From positions 106,578,001-106,642,000 of the forward strand of contig OZ024741.1 in NCBI GenBank assembly GCA_964016885.1: DNA of 64,000 nt, given 5' to 3'. Below, piece after piece: positions 13,071 to 25,170 of this stretch (position 1 is its first letter; the number at the start of each line of letters is the position of its first letter). The position numbers and the translations under genes were made by a program. Source of the stretch: Eledone cirrhosa. Taxonomy: Eukaryota. The notes under the pieces were generated by a model that worked only from the letters and a program-made list of their open reading frames with translations, did no database searches and was not told the DNA's origin.

Positions 13071-13331
13071 AGGAACCAACAACCATGTTCAGTCACTTTA
13101 TTACTTCTTAACTGATTGTATTTGTGTTTGTATCTTTTATTGATTACACTATATTGATAATATACTGGCTGTTAGGCTGGCTGGTTGGCTGGCTGGTTGG
13201 CTTGTTGCCTGGCTGGCTGGTTGGCTGGTTGATGGACTGGATGAATGGCTCGTTGGCTGGCTGGGTCTTTGGTTGACTGGCTCGTTGGCTGGTTGCTTCA
13301 TTGGCTAGCTGGATATTTGGCTGGCGGGCTC

Positions 13332-14431
13332 GTTGGCAGGCTGGCTCATTGGCAGACCGACTTGTTGGCTGGTTCGTTGGCAGACTGGCTCATTGGCAGA
13401 CCGACTTGTTGGCTGGTTCGTTGGCAGGCTGGCTCATTGGCAGACCGACTTGTTGGCTGGTTCGTTGGCAGGCTGGCTCATTGGCAGACCGACTTGTTGG
13501 CTGGTTCGTTGGCAGACTGGCTCATTGGCAGACCGACTTGTTGGCTGGTTCGTTGGCAGACTGGCTCATTGGCAGACCGACTTGTTGGCTGGTTCGTTGG
13601 CAGGCTGGCTCATTGGAAGACTGACTTGTTGGCTGGTTCGTTGGCAGGCTGGCTCATTGGCAGACCGACTTGTTGGCTGGTTCGTTGGCAGACTGGCTCA
13701 TTGGCAGACCGACTTGTTGGCTGGTTCGTTGGCAGGCTGGCTCATTGGCAGACCGACTTGTTGGCTGGTTCGTTGGCAGGCTGGCTCATTGGCAGACCGA
13801 CTTGTTGGCTGGTTCGTTGGCAGACTGGCTCATTGGCAGACCGACTTGTTGGCTGGTTCGTTGGCAGGCTGGCTCATTGGCAGACCGACTTGTTGGCTGG
13901 TTCGTTGGCAGACTGGCTCATTGGCAGACCGACTTGTTGGCTGGTTCGTTGGCAGGCTGGCTCATTGGCAGACCGACTTGTTGGCTGGTTCGTTGGCAGA
14001 CTGGCTCATTGGCAGACCGACTTGTTGGCTGGTTCGTTGGCAGACTGGCTCATTGGCAGACCGACTTGTTGGCTGGTTCGTTGGCAGACTGGCTCATTGG
14101 CAGACCGACTTGTTGGCTGGTTCGTTGGCAGGCTGGCTCATTGGAAGACCGACTTGTTGGCTGGTTCGTTGGCAGACTGGCTCATTGGCAGACCGACTTG
14201 TTGGCTGGTTCGTTGGCAGACTGGCTCATTGGCAGACCGACTTGTTGGCTGGTTCGTTGGCAGGCTGGCTCATTGGCAGACCGACTTGTTGGCTGGTTCG
14301 TTGGCAGGCTGGCTCATTGGCAGACCGACTTGTTGGCTGGTTCGTTGGCAGACTGGCTCATTGGCAGACCGACTTGTTGGCTGGTTCGTTGGCAGACTGG
14401 CTCATTGGCAGACCGACTTGTTGGCTGGTTC
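13332..14431. repeat. Minisatellite, 25 x 44 bp: GTTGGCAG(G/A)CTGGCTCATTGGCAGACCGACTTGTTGGCTGGTTC
   Basis: 1100 bp equals exactly 25 units. It is embedded in a degenerate (TGGC/TGGT)n tract at about 13165-14850. Confidence 0.95.
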
Positions 14432-15016
14432 ACTCTTTAGTTGGCTGGCTGGTTGGATAGTTGGTTGGCTGGTTAGTTGGTTGGTTCGCTCGTTGGCTGG
14501 CTGGATCATTGGCTGGCTAACTAGTTGGATGGCTGGTTAGATAGCTGGCTTGTTGCCTGACTGGCTGTTTTGTTGGCTGGCTGTCTGGTTTGATGGCTGG
14601 TGTCTTTTTTGATCGTTGGTTGACTGGCTGGTTATTTGGCTGGTTGGAAGACCGTCTGGCTCTTTGGCTGGCTGATTGTCTGTTTGTTTGGCTGGTTGGC
14701 TGACTCACTGGCTGACTGACTGGCTGGTTAGATGGTTGTCTGATTATTATAGCTTATTGATTAGCTGGCTGGCTTGTTGGTTGGCTGATTGGTTGGCTGG
14801 TTGGTTGGCTGGCTGGTTAGCTGGTTGGTTGGTTGTTTGGCTTGTTGGCTGGCGGGTACTTCTGCAGTTGCTGGTGGTGGTACTGGTTGTGGTGGTGCTG
14901 CTGCTGTTTGTGTTTCTCCTGATGGACACACACCTCGCTCATTTATATTCTATTGGTGCACCTGTTGATGTGGTTGGTGTTTATTTATACTATTACTGTC
15001 GCTACTGTTGCTGTTA

Positions 15017-15151
<135 letters not shown>

Positions 15152-15172
15152 TATATATATACATGTGTGTGT

Positions 15173-15231
<59 letters not shown>

Positions 15232-16079
15232 TTTTTAAAGCCTTGGGTCATGCAGGTACTTGTGAATATAAAAGGTAATGGTAAAATGGATCTAACTTAT
15301 ATCTTATTTCTTTTTATTTTATGAATGAGGATGAAAAGGATGATGAAATGCAAGAACCAAAAAGAGATCCTCTCTCATATAAAGAGAGGAATTGGGGAAG
15401 GAAGGAGTAAGGGAAGGAAGGAGTAAAGAGTAAGTAGATGAGAAGGGGTGATGTAATGAAAGATCACAAGAATAATTTAAATATTTAAGCTATTAGCAAA
15501 TTTATCCTTCAGGTGGTATGACTTAACAATAGAAACATCAGGTGTGTTTCATGTGTTTTTTAAAAGTACAATTTCCCTGTAAGTACCACAGACATTATAT
15601 TTGTTGCTGGTATCCATAAATAAATTTATTCCGATCGTCTGTTTCAATTTCAGTCATTTTTCTTCCAATCTCCCGCCGCGGTAGAATTTATAAAAGAATT
15701 TCAATATAAATCAATATATAAATTAAGGTAATGTGCCATAGGGCACAAGGCACTTTTCTTCTGAAGAGCACCTAACATCGCTAACTCCAGTGATGCAGGC
15801 CCAAGCGGTGTCGGGGAACTCATGTACAGGCCGCCTTGTGGTTCCAGTAAACAAAATGGAGAAAACGTTGTCCCGAAGGATGGCAAGGGAGATAGCTATT
15901 TCAACTTACGGCGTTCGCTCCTGCGGTTGGCCAACTCCGACCCGATAATAGTGAGTAGGGAGGTGGGCCAGTGACTAAAAACACCGGAAATCTCCACATT
16001 TACAGGTTCGACCACAAATCAATCGGAGAGCAACCGATTGGCCTGACGAGTAGCAAAGCCTCAGTTGGTCGCCGAATGC

Positions 16080-16400
16080 ACCAGGTGGTAGTTAAGGAAT
16101 TCGTTTTCCAACCATATGGTGTCGTGTTCATTCTCGCCGCGTGGCACCGTGTGTAAATGTCTTCTACTATATAGCTTCGTGTTGACCAATGTCTCGTGAT
16201 TACAATTTGGTAGACAGAAACTGTGTACAAACCTGTCTGTGCGTAGTTACTCGAACCTACTAGATATAACAGCGAAATCGCCTCAAATCTTAAAAAAAAG
16301 ATGGGCCGAATAAATTCCTCTGAGTTTCCTTCATACCTTTGATCATAGGTCTGGTCAATTAGGTTTGACCTTGGGCTAAACAAATACAAGAATAACATTT
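16080..16400 (+). mobile_element. Degenerate second-family tRNA SINE (OR-like)
   Basis: Similar to 52825-53160: GGTAGTTAAG...GTCTTCTACTATA...GACCAATG...TTTGGTAGACAGAAACTG. Confidence 0.55.
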
Positions 16401-16408
16401 ATGCATAT

Positions 16409-16522
<114 letters not shown>

Positions 16523-16570
16523 CTTCTCTCTATCTCACATCAATCTATCTCAACTCAATTATTTCACATG

Positions 16571-16925
16571 GTCTGAGTTCAAATCCCGCCAAGGTTAACT
16601 TTACCTTTCATCCTTACGGGGTCGATAAAATAAAGTACCAGTAATGTACTGGGTAATTGCTGGCCTTGTGCCAAAAGTAGAAACAATTATTTCACACGCA
16701 TACAAGGTGGTGGATTGGCAGAATCGGTAGAGCGTCGGACAACATTCTTAGCGGCATGAAGTTATAGCCCTTTAGGTTCTGAGTTCAAATCCCGCCGAGG
16801 TTAACTTTGCCTTCATCCTTACGGGGTCGATAAAATAAAGTACCAGTAATGCATAGGGGTCGATTTAATCGACTTTCCCCTCCTCAAAAATTGCTGACCT
16901 TGTGCCTAAATCAGAAACTATTATT
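16571..16925 (+). mobile_element. Two tandem OK-like SINE copies (16571-16690 partial; 16704-16925 full)
   Basis: A-box TGGCAGAATCGG, B-box GAGTTCAAATCC, Nin domain. Confidence 0.88.
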
Positions 16926-17320
16926 TCACACGCTATATAAACTCCAACAAAATCTCTCTTGTGTCACTCACTAGTTCTCTCTTACTGTCTCTCTTTCCAT
17001 CTAATATTCACTCCGTCGTTCTTTTTCTGACTTTCTTTCTCATAAGCTTCCTCCCTCTCTCTCTATCATAAACTCTCTCCTTCTCTATCTGATTTTCTTT
17101 CTCACAAACCCCTTTCTCTCTTTCACAGTTCTCTATCTACCTTTCACTCTTTTACACTTCCTTTCTTACTTTCTTATACACACCCATTCTCCATTACTCA
17201 CCCTCTCCTTCTCAAGGCCACTTTCTCTCTCATACTCACTCATTGTCTATTACTCTTTTTCCCTCTCACACACACTCTCACACTCTCTCGTTCTCTATCA
17301 GACTTTCTCTCTCCTACAAG

Positions 17321-20300
17321 CCCGCGGCCAGACTTCTTCAAACGTCTAGAAACTTTTCTGGGAACGTCCCGCTCCTTGCTTTTAATGGGGGACTGGAATA
17401 GAATCCTAGATGCACGTTGGGACTATGTGGGAGCATGTCCCGATAAAGGGGGGTGTAATAGCCTCAAACAGTTAATCGGCCGATTTGACCCGGCTGATAG
17501 ATATCGACTAGATTTTCCGACTGTTCCACTGTGGACGTGGAGTAATCGTAGCGGAACATCTAGATCGTACCTAGATAGGGTTCTAGTTAGAAATAAGGAT
17601 ATGGACATGTTAAGCTGTCCACAAATGTTCATGGTTGCCTATTCAGATAACAAACTAGTGACCTGCATGGTCAGCCTTGATAGAACCCATAGACAAGGAC
17701 CCGGCTACTGGAAGCTGAACTTCGTAGACGGATTAGCACTTTAGTTAAACAGCACTTGACAGGGGCCATTGTCAACAACAGATGGTGGTACTCTCAAAAG
17801 AGGGCAGTTAGATTAGACTCGTTAGTTTTTAGTAAAGAATTAGCGTTAGATAGAAATAGGACCGAGAAGGAACTGGTAGATAAAGTAGAAGAGGCAATTA
17901 GAAGTGGTAGCGTAGCCAGCGTGCTAGCAACGAGAACGGCCTTGGACCAGTTCTTCGACGCAAAGCACGAGGGCTTCGTTGTCAGAAGCAAAATACGTAC
18001 TCTGGGAAACGAGGGAGCCAAAGCTGTTAGCTGGGCCCGAGTGACGGAGGCAAAAAGTGGCAACAAGTCCACGATTCGGCCTTTGAAGGACTAAGACGGA
18101 CGCGTGATACGTGAGCCGAAGCAGATGTGTGCAGCCTTTCAGCGGCACTTTGCTCAACTATTCGGGCAGGGCGGCGCGCCGGGAGGGGCTATGGATTTCG
18201 GTCCATACCTCGACGGCCTACCGCGACTCTCGGACAACGAAGTTCTGCGAAAAGCCGATTTCAGCGGCTGAGATAGGGGACGCGCTGAACCAATGCGGCA
18301 AACGCAAATCTCCAGGTCTCGACGGTCTACCCTACGAATTTTACGTAGCAATGCCGGACTTATTCTCCGGTCTCCTGGAAGTGGTCTACTGCAACTGGCA
18401 GCATAACTGGAGAATTCCCAGTTCTGTGACCGGGGGCGTAGTCACACTAGTCAGGAAGGACGAGAATAAGGGGGATGACATAGGCAACTTCCGGCCCATA
18501 ACTCTGTTAGACACAGAGTTACAGATTTTGGCCAAGGTGTTGGCAAAGAGGCTAGCGCTTGTAATCGAGAACCTGGTGGGAGAAGCGCAGACATGCGCAA
18601 TCCCAACCAGGTCCATACACGACAGCCTCCACCTCTGCGATACATCATAGAGAGGGTAGGGTGTAAACCCGGCTTCGGTGGGGGCCCTGATTAACTTGGA
18701 TCAGTCTAAGGCTTTCAGAGGGTTGACCATCGTTAGCTGGATGCGGTGCTCGAGGCGGCAGGCTTCGGACCCGTGTTCAGGGGCTGGATTGCTGAAATGT
18801 ACAGCAGCAACATCTGCTCAAGGGTCAAGGTGAACGGCTACCTCTCGGAGCCGTTCCATATCACAGGGATGCCTTCTCTCCTCCCTTCTGTACGTACTGA
18901 CTCTCGAGCCACTACTGCGGAAGATGGAGCTATTGCAGGGCATCCCTCTGGAACCGGGACTGCGGAAAGCGGCGTCGGTCTACGCCGACGACGTGACAGT
19001 AATGGTGTCGAGCACCTCGCAAATCGGGGAGGTCGGCACCTTACTGGAGGAATACAAAAGGTTCACAGGAGCGAAGCTGAACCGGGACAAGTCCATCGGT
19101 TTGCAACTCGGATCGTGGAGAGGCAAACCGATGCCTTCCGATGGCGTCGTCGGACGCCGGACGGAAGGACCGGTAAAGCTGCTCGTGGTCTGGTTTGGTC
19201 CGGACCTCCAGGTGGAGAAGAACTGGAACGAGGTAACGGCAAAGGTGTTTGCACTCACCTAGAAGTGGGCCGAGTGCAAACAATCCTTGAAAGGTCGAGC
19301 GGAGGTGGCGAACACTTTTATAGCGTCCGCCATCTATTACCGCTTGACCGTCGTGCCTTGTCCAGCCAAAACGCTCACCAAAATGGAGCGCGCGCTCTTC
19401 CAATTCCTTTGGAAGAGGCGGGCTCCTTTGGTGAGAAGATCCATCTGCTGCCAACACCTTTCCAACGGAGGGCTGGGGGATGCCGTGGCTGACGATGCGC
19501 AAACACGCGCTCAGGCTGCGGCATCTCTACCTCACCGGACAACCGGTATGGACCCCGTTCGTGAGTGGAGCCTTCCCACGACTCGTCTCGCTGACCGAGG
19601 AAAATGGGCGACTAGCACATAGAATGTGCTCAGGCGCTCACAGCCCTCTGGCAGGCGGACCCGGCGATCAGTGGAGACTCCACTTCGTCATTCTATAGAG
19701 GGTTGATCCGCAGCAAGTGCGACGATGCGCTCGGTGGAACTCTAGGCGTAGAGGAAGACGAACTGGCCAGTCTGTTCGGTACGACCTTCCGCCCGGGACC
19801 GATGGACAACTTCCAAAAGTCCCTGACCTGGCAGTGCTACCGAGGAGCACTACCAGTTCGAGACAAGCTCTACAGACAGATCTTTTTCGAAGGGACCCTT
19901 CGAAAAAGATCTGTCCGAGGTGCGTGCGAGACGAAGAAACCGTCGCGCACGCATTCATACACTGCCCGGGCGTTACCGACCTGTGGGGCTATGTAGAACG
20001 ACTATTGTCGCGGGTGGGACCAATCCGGTTGACCACCGAGTTCATTGTCATGATCAAACCGCCACCCTCCTTCAAAAACGAAGGAGAGGCGGTTTTCCTT
20101 TGTGTGATAGCTATGGCGAAAGAGGTTGTATGGTGGACATGGTTGAAAGAGCTGAGGTCAGACACCTTTCTCTCCGGCCAACAACTGATTGCTTTTTTCA
20201 AATACCACTTTGGAAGAAGAATCAGGATGGAGAGAGAAGTACTGTACCCCAGCAAGTTTTATGAAAGGTGGGTGAAAGTGGCGAGAATGGCCCGAGTGAA

Positions 20301-20587
20301 TGGGCCTTCTTTCTATGTCAGCCTGTAGGTTGAGGAAAAAGAGGAAGAGAGGAAAGGGGTACAAACTCTTCGTACTCCTGGAGATGAGGGTTGCACATTT
20401 TTTCGAGAGTATGTGTTACCCATATGTAATGTCTCCTCCTATTGGGGAAAATCGACTAATTTTTAAATTGCATTTGTGATAATATTTTACACATTTTTAT
20501 TGTATGTAAACTTCCCCCTTTGTATTTGTCCCCTTCTTTTGTGCCCCGGTGGCTAATAAAGAAACATATCTATCTATCTATCTATCT
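17321..20587 (+). mobile_element. Tx1-clade LINE copy 1, 5' truncated within EN, frameshifted, (TATC)n tail
   Basis: GDWN, YLDR, KSPGLDG, FRPITLL, YADD and CCHC pieces homologous to 37205-40642. Ends GGCTAATAAAGAAACATATCTATCTATC. Confidence 0.95.
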
Positions 20588-21264
20588 ATTACTTTCTTTA
20601 TCTATCTATTACTTTCTATCTCACCCTTTCCCTCATACTCTCTCTCGTTCTCTATCCGACTTTCTCTCTCACACAGTTCCCTTTCTCTCTCTTACTCTCT
20701 ATTTCACTCTCTCCCTCACAAACCCTCTCATCTCTACCCGACTTTATCTTTCACACAACACACTCTCTCTATCTCTCTGTTAATTTCTATCTCACTCTCT
20801 CCCTCACATACCCTATCATCCTCCATCCATTTTCTCTCTCAGACAACTCCCCCCTCTCTCTCCTTTCTTACTTTCTACCGCACTCTCTACCTCATCCACT
20901 GTCTCGTTTTCTCTCCGATTTTCCCTCTCATACTCTCCTCCACTAGCCACACATATTTAGAAACTAAACTCTATTAATTCAGGCATTACAGCTCTCCTTT
21001 CTCTGTCTGTGTGTTTGTCCGTGATCAAAGGGTGTAGCTAGTTGCCGTTGATAATCAGACTAAATCCCAAATATATTGCTTGCCAAGGATTATGATTACT
21101 ATTATTGTAGCTACATATTACTATTAGCTTGGACAGCAGTGATAACATCCTAGATCTGTGTAATGGCAGGATCAACAGATATTAGAGTTCATGTCGCTCG
21201 TTAAACGCCTTCTCATATATATATAATATATAATATATATAATATATATAATATATATACATAT

Positions 21265-21318
<54 letters not shown>

Positions 21319-21381
21319 GCATGCACACCCCACGCATATAAACACAGAAATATATGCATATATATATATATATACCCACAT

Positions 21382-21478
<97 letters not shown>

Positions 21479-21916
21479 TATACATGTGTATGCGTGTATG
21501 TGTGTGAGGTTATGTTAGCATAGTGTTGTTATGAGTAATGCTTCCATCATTAATCGCCTATTTTTGTGGAAGACTCTGTATAGTATGGACGTATTGTCCG
21601 CTTATGTTTTTCTATTTAGTTTTTCTTTCTTTCTGTTCAGTAATTTCAACACATAAACAACAAACATACATCGTGAACAAAATAAACACGTGATTAGTGA
21701 CGTATAAATCTAAACACTAAATTTCACATTTCGGTTGCGCCGTCTATATATATCATTCACATACTCTACCAGAGGCAGTAACAAACACCAGCAAAACCTC
21801 ATATACTGAAGATGAATCTGTGTAAGTCTAGAAACTGTGATGATAGATATAGGAACTCTATTGTCCCTCAAAATGTACAATGAATATAGATGAAAATATG
21901 AAAAAAAACTTTCTTT

Positions 21917-22612
21917 CAAATTAGAAGTTATGCTGGTGTTTGGTGGGAGCAGGTCGTAATGGATGTCACCTTTCCAGTCCCACAAGATGCTCAGTACAGC
22001 CTTGCGATGGTGGAGGCCAGCCTTTGCTTGCCATAGTGGCGCACCCTTTTGCGTAGAGACATTGTTTTTCATCATCAGTGACAATGGAGCACAACCAGTT
22101 GGTTGTGCGATGGTAGGAGTGCAGAGGAGACGCAATTGCCGCCCAGCATTCACGATTACGGTAAGTCAGATTGTGGGGCACCAGTTGGTTTAGTTTGGAC
22201 ACCTTCCCTATTGCAACGAAGTGATTGAGAATGGTTGTTTTTGATGCCTCAAGTACTTCGGAGAATTGAAGTGATGTCTGGCAACTTGAAGTTGGATGGA
22301 CGCCCTGCGCGATGTCGACATTCAAAGCTGTAATTGCCGGAACGGAAGCGCACGAACCAGTCCCTAGCACTGCGTTTAGACATTGTGTGTGACCCAAATG
22401 CATTGTCAATACGACGACTTAATGCTGCTGTGCTTAGGCCAGATTTGAACTCACAAATAAAGGCTTTGACGGGATAACAGATAATGAGAAATGCACACAT
22501 ACCAATATCACTTTTCATATATGTGTGCGCATGCACAACTTTCAACATTTCAAGAAAACTCTACTAAAATACATCATTTGAAAAATGCTTGAGACTTTCA
22601 GCCCAACCCATA
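21917..22612 (-). mobile_element. Mariner (Mos1/Hsmar-like) 5' part with TIR and decayed transposase
   Basis: HTH RIDNAFGSHTMSKRSARDWFVRFRSGNYSFECRHRAGRPS, IVTDDEK, KAVLSILWDWKG.IHYDLLP. TIR-like CTATGGGTTGGGCTGAAAGT at about 22593-22612. Confidence 0.85.
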
Positions 22613-22917
22613 GAATAGAATCGTGTTTTCAATCGATATCAAAATGATAAACTGGGTCTCCATGTATACGAATGTATGTATGTATGTATGTATGTATGTA
22701 TGTATGTATGTATGTATGTATGTATGTATGTATGTATGTATGTATGTATGTATGTATGTATGTTTATGTGTATGTTTTCAGGTTGTATACATTATCTGAA
22801 ACAAATCTCTATACGTAGAACAGTAGAATAGAAAACTAACTTATTTCATATCAACAAGAGGCTTGTAATAAAAGTTTCAACTAAAGAATGCAGCCATGAG
22901 ATGAAACCTGTATTGTA

Positions 22918-23618
22918 TGTATCACTCGCTTTACGCGTTTTAATTGTCCTAATAACTTAATTTAGTTATTATTGCACCAACGTGAGGTATATGATTTTTA
23001 ATGCAATGAAATATCTATGATCGTCGGCAAATCACTGATGAGGGACTCATTTTATTACATGTTATCCATGTGCAACCTGCAGTATTCTTCTCCCCATTTT
23101 TTCACATATATTTACCTAAACTGCGATTCTGTTTTTTTTTTCTCTCTCTCTCTCTCTTACTGCTCCCTCGTTCTCTCTGTTTCTCCTACTTTCTTTCGCC
23201 CCCTCTGTCATGTCAGTTAACTCTTCCTCACACTTCCACTCACTCACTCACTGTTTCTCCCCTTCTCACTTCACCCCGTTCGCGACGAAAACATTTTCTC
23301 TCTTTCTCACATTTGGATTCATCTCGAAAGGTCTTTTTTCTAAGCGCTCATATATTCACCTAGCTTATGCTAAAAGAATAACTATGTAGCTTGTTCCCTT
23401 CCTCTCTACGGTTAGCTCTCCTATTTGTTGTTATCTTGTCTCACTCGCTTTACGCGTTTTAATTGTCCTAATAACTTAATTTAGTTATTATTGCACCGAC
23501 GTGAGGTATATGATTTTTAATGCAATGAAATATCTATGATCGTCGGCAAATCACTGATGAGGGACTCATTTTATTACATGTTATCCATGTGCAACCTGCA
23601 GTATTCTTCTCCCCATTT

Positions 23619-23623
<5 letters not shown>
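22918..23623. repeat. Pair of 187-bp near-identical direct repeats (22918-23104, 23437-23623)
   Basis: Direct comparison shows about 2 mismatches. Both start TGT and end TTTTTTCA. Confidence 0.9.
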
Positions 23624-23692
<69 letters not shown>

Positions 23693-23905
23693 GTTAGAAG
23701 TGTACATCCACATATGTATACTGAAATACTAGTATGCATATAAATACACACACGTATACATATGTAGATGTACCGAGTTTTTCACTGGACACTTTACTGT
23801 GAGTGTTCAGCTAGTCTGTATGTAAACACACAGACAAACCGGTTTTAGAGTCATACTGGTTTTCGAGGAAACACCTTTCCTCTATTCTCCAGAGGGCCAG
23901 ACAGG

Positions 23906-23950
23906 AATATTGGACTAGTTTCGATGTTGTTACATCTCATCAGCAATATT
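23906..23950 (-). ncRNA. Canonical type I hammerhead ribozyme (GUC)
   Basis: Minus strand: AATATTG-CTGATGA-GATGT aaca ACATC-GAAA-CTAG-TC-CAATATT. Core is intact, stem I 7 bp, stem II 5 bp, palindromic stem III ACTAGT. A distal stem is formed by 23884-23901 with 23961-23978. Confidence 0.92.
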
Positions 23951-24116
23951 TACCCATCCTCCGGCCCCTCTAGAGAATCGTAAAAGCACATATCGTTATA
24001 TGCTTTTTCTATGAAAATTAGTAGTGGGCAGACTAATTTGCATAGAGCGTGAGTACGTACCGGTTCAGCGGAGGCGATAAATATATAAGTAGTTACACTA
24101 CAGTTAGTTCACCATA

Positions 24117-24156
24117 CCGAGAACAATTGTTTCACCTTCGCGGATCTTCAGCTCGG
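24117..24156 (-). ncRNA. Type I hammerhead ribozyme (antisense copy in the left pLTR arm)
   Basis: Exact reverse complement of 24988-25027. Confidence 0.78.
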
Positions 24157-24432
24157 GATGTGTATGGTTATAGGAACAGGAAGGACGAATGCGCATGCGC
24201 AGAAACTCGGTCACTTCACACAGACAATACTAGACTGCGTGCGGAAGGTGTAAGGGAGATAACTGCGAAAGTCCGGAAAGTTTTTAGGTTGAAAATAAAA
24301 TTAAAAAAATTAAAAATAAAATTACAAAGAATCAGTCCGGAGCCTTGTAGTTATGCAATAGATGTTTGGTGACGTGTGGACAACGTGTGAAAAATTCACT
24401 CCTCGTGTTTAGGCAATCACTATTGCGTAATC

Positions 24433-24804
24433 ACTTCCAACCGACCAAACGAACCACAGGAGGTCAAATCCTATGTGGGCATGGCGGTGGGCCGATTCAA
24501 GGAGCGTTTCCTGATCCACCAGTCTACTTTCAGAAACCCGGACAGACGTTCATCCACGAAACTCGCGAGCCACGTATGGTCCCTCAAGGACTCAAGTATA
24601 GGCTACTCCATTCAATGGAAAGCCATCACTAAGTCCAAGCCATACGAAAGGGGAAATCCGACGTGTGGCTTATGTATTGACGAACGAATAACTATCCTAA
24701 AGAGATTACGCAATAGTGATTGCCTAAACACGAGAAGTGAATTTTTCACACGTTGTCCACACGTCACCAAACATCTATTGCATAACTACAAGGCTCCGGA
24801 CTGA
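24433..24804 (+). pseudogene. PLE GIY-YIG endonuclease C-terminal fragment
   Basis: KSYVGMAVGRFKERFLIHQSTFR...TKLASHVWSLK...IQWKAI...CGLCIDER..I...LNTRSE...CPH. The YIG half, catalytic R, E and N, and extra CxxC/CxH are present. The GIY half is lost at the inversion junction. Confidence 0.88.
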
Positions 24805-24987
24805 TTCTTTTTAATTTTATTTTTAATTTTTTAAATTTTATTTTCAACCCAAAAACTTTCCGGACTTTCGCAGTTATCTCCCTTACACCTCCCGCACGCA
24901 GTCTAGTATTGCCTGTGTGAAGTGACCGAGTTTCTGCGCATGCGCGTTCGTACGGTTGTCCTCCCTGTTCCTATAACCATACATATC

Positions 24988-25027
24988 CCGAGCTGAAGAT
25001 CCGCGAAGGTGAAACAATTGTTCTCGG
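24988..25027 (+). ncRNA. Type I hammerhead ribozyme (GUU) in the PLE 3' pLTR
   Basis: CCGAG-CTGAAGA-tCC gcgaa GGt-GAAA-CAATTG-TT-CTCGG. Palindromic stem III ACAATTGT; weak stem II. Confidence 0.8.
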
Positions 25028-25124
25028 TATGGTGAACTAACTGTTGTGTAACCACTTCTACCTAACTCGTCCCTTGGACTGAGTGCTCTACCACTACGGA
25101 TATTACCTTCCAGTGTTCCACCAC

Positions 25125-25155
<31 letters not shown>

Positions 25156-25170
25156 TGTATTTGCAATACA

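Larger units (their letters stand above)
24084..25060 (+). mobile_element. 5'-truncated Penelope-like element with inverted pLTR (fold-back; arms 24084-24432 and 24704-25060)
   Basis: About 350-bp inverted repeat flanking a GIY-YIG C-terminus; a hammerhead lies in each arm. Confidence 0.9.

Noticed and set aside
13245-14540. 431/375/256-aa W-rich repeat ORFs; CRISPR-like periodicity
   Set aside because: Stop-free 44-bp minisatellite open in all three frames; no unique spacers and no cas genes.
21803-21842. CTGAAGA...GAAACTGTG hammerhead-like spacing
   Set aside because: Stem II and stem I do not pair, and the triplet would be GUG.
23005-23050. GAAA...GTC...CTGATGAGGGAC as a type II hammerhead (also at about 23525-23570)
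   Set aside because: Stems I, II and III cannot be paired convincingly.
24802-24960. Terminal TGA of the GIY-YIG ORF as selenocysteine (reported for some Naiad PLEs)
   Set aside because: The TGA lies after the conserved C-terminal motif, is followed by T-rich UTR, and no SECIS could be recognised by eye.
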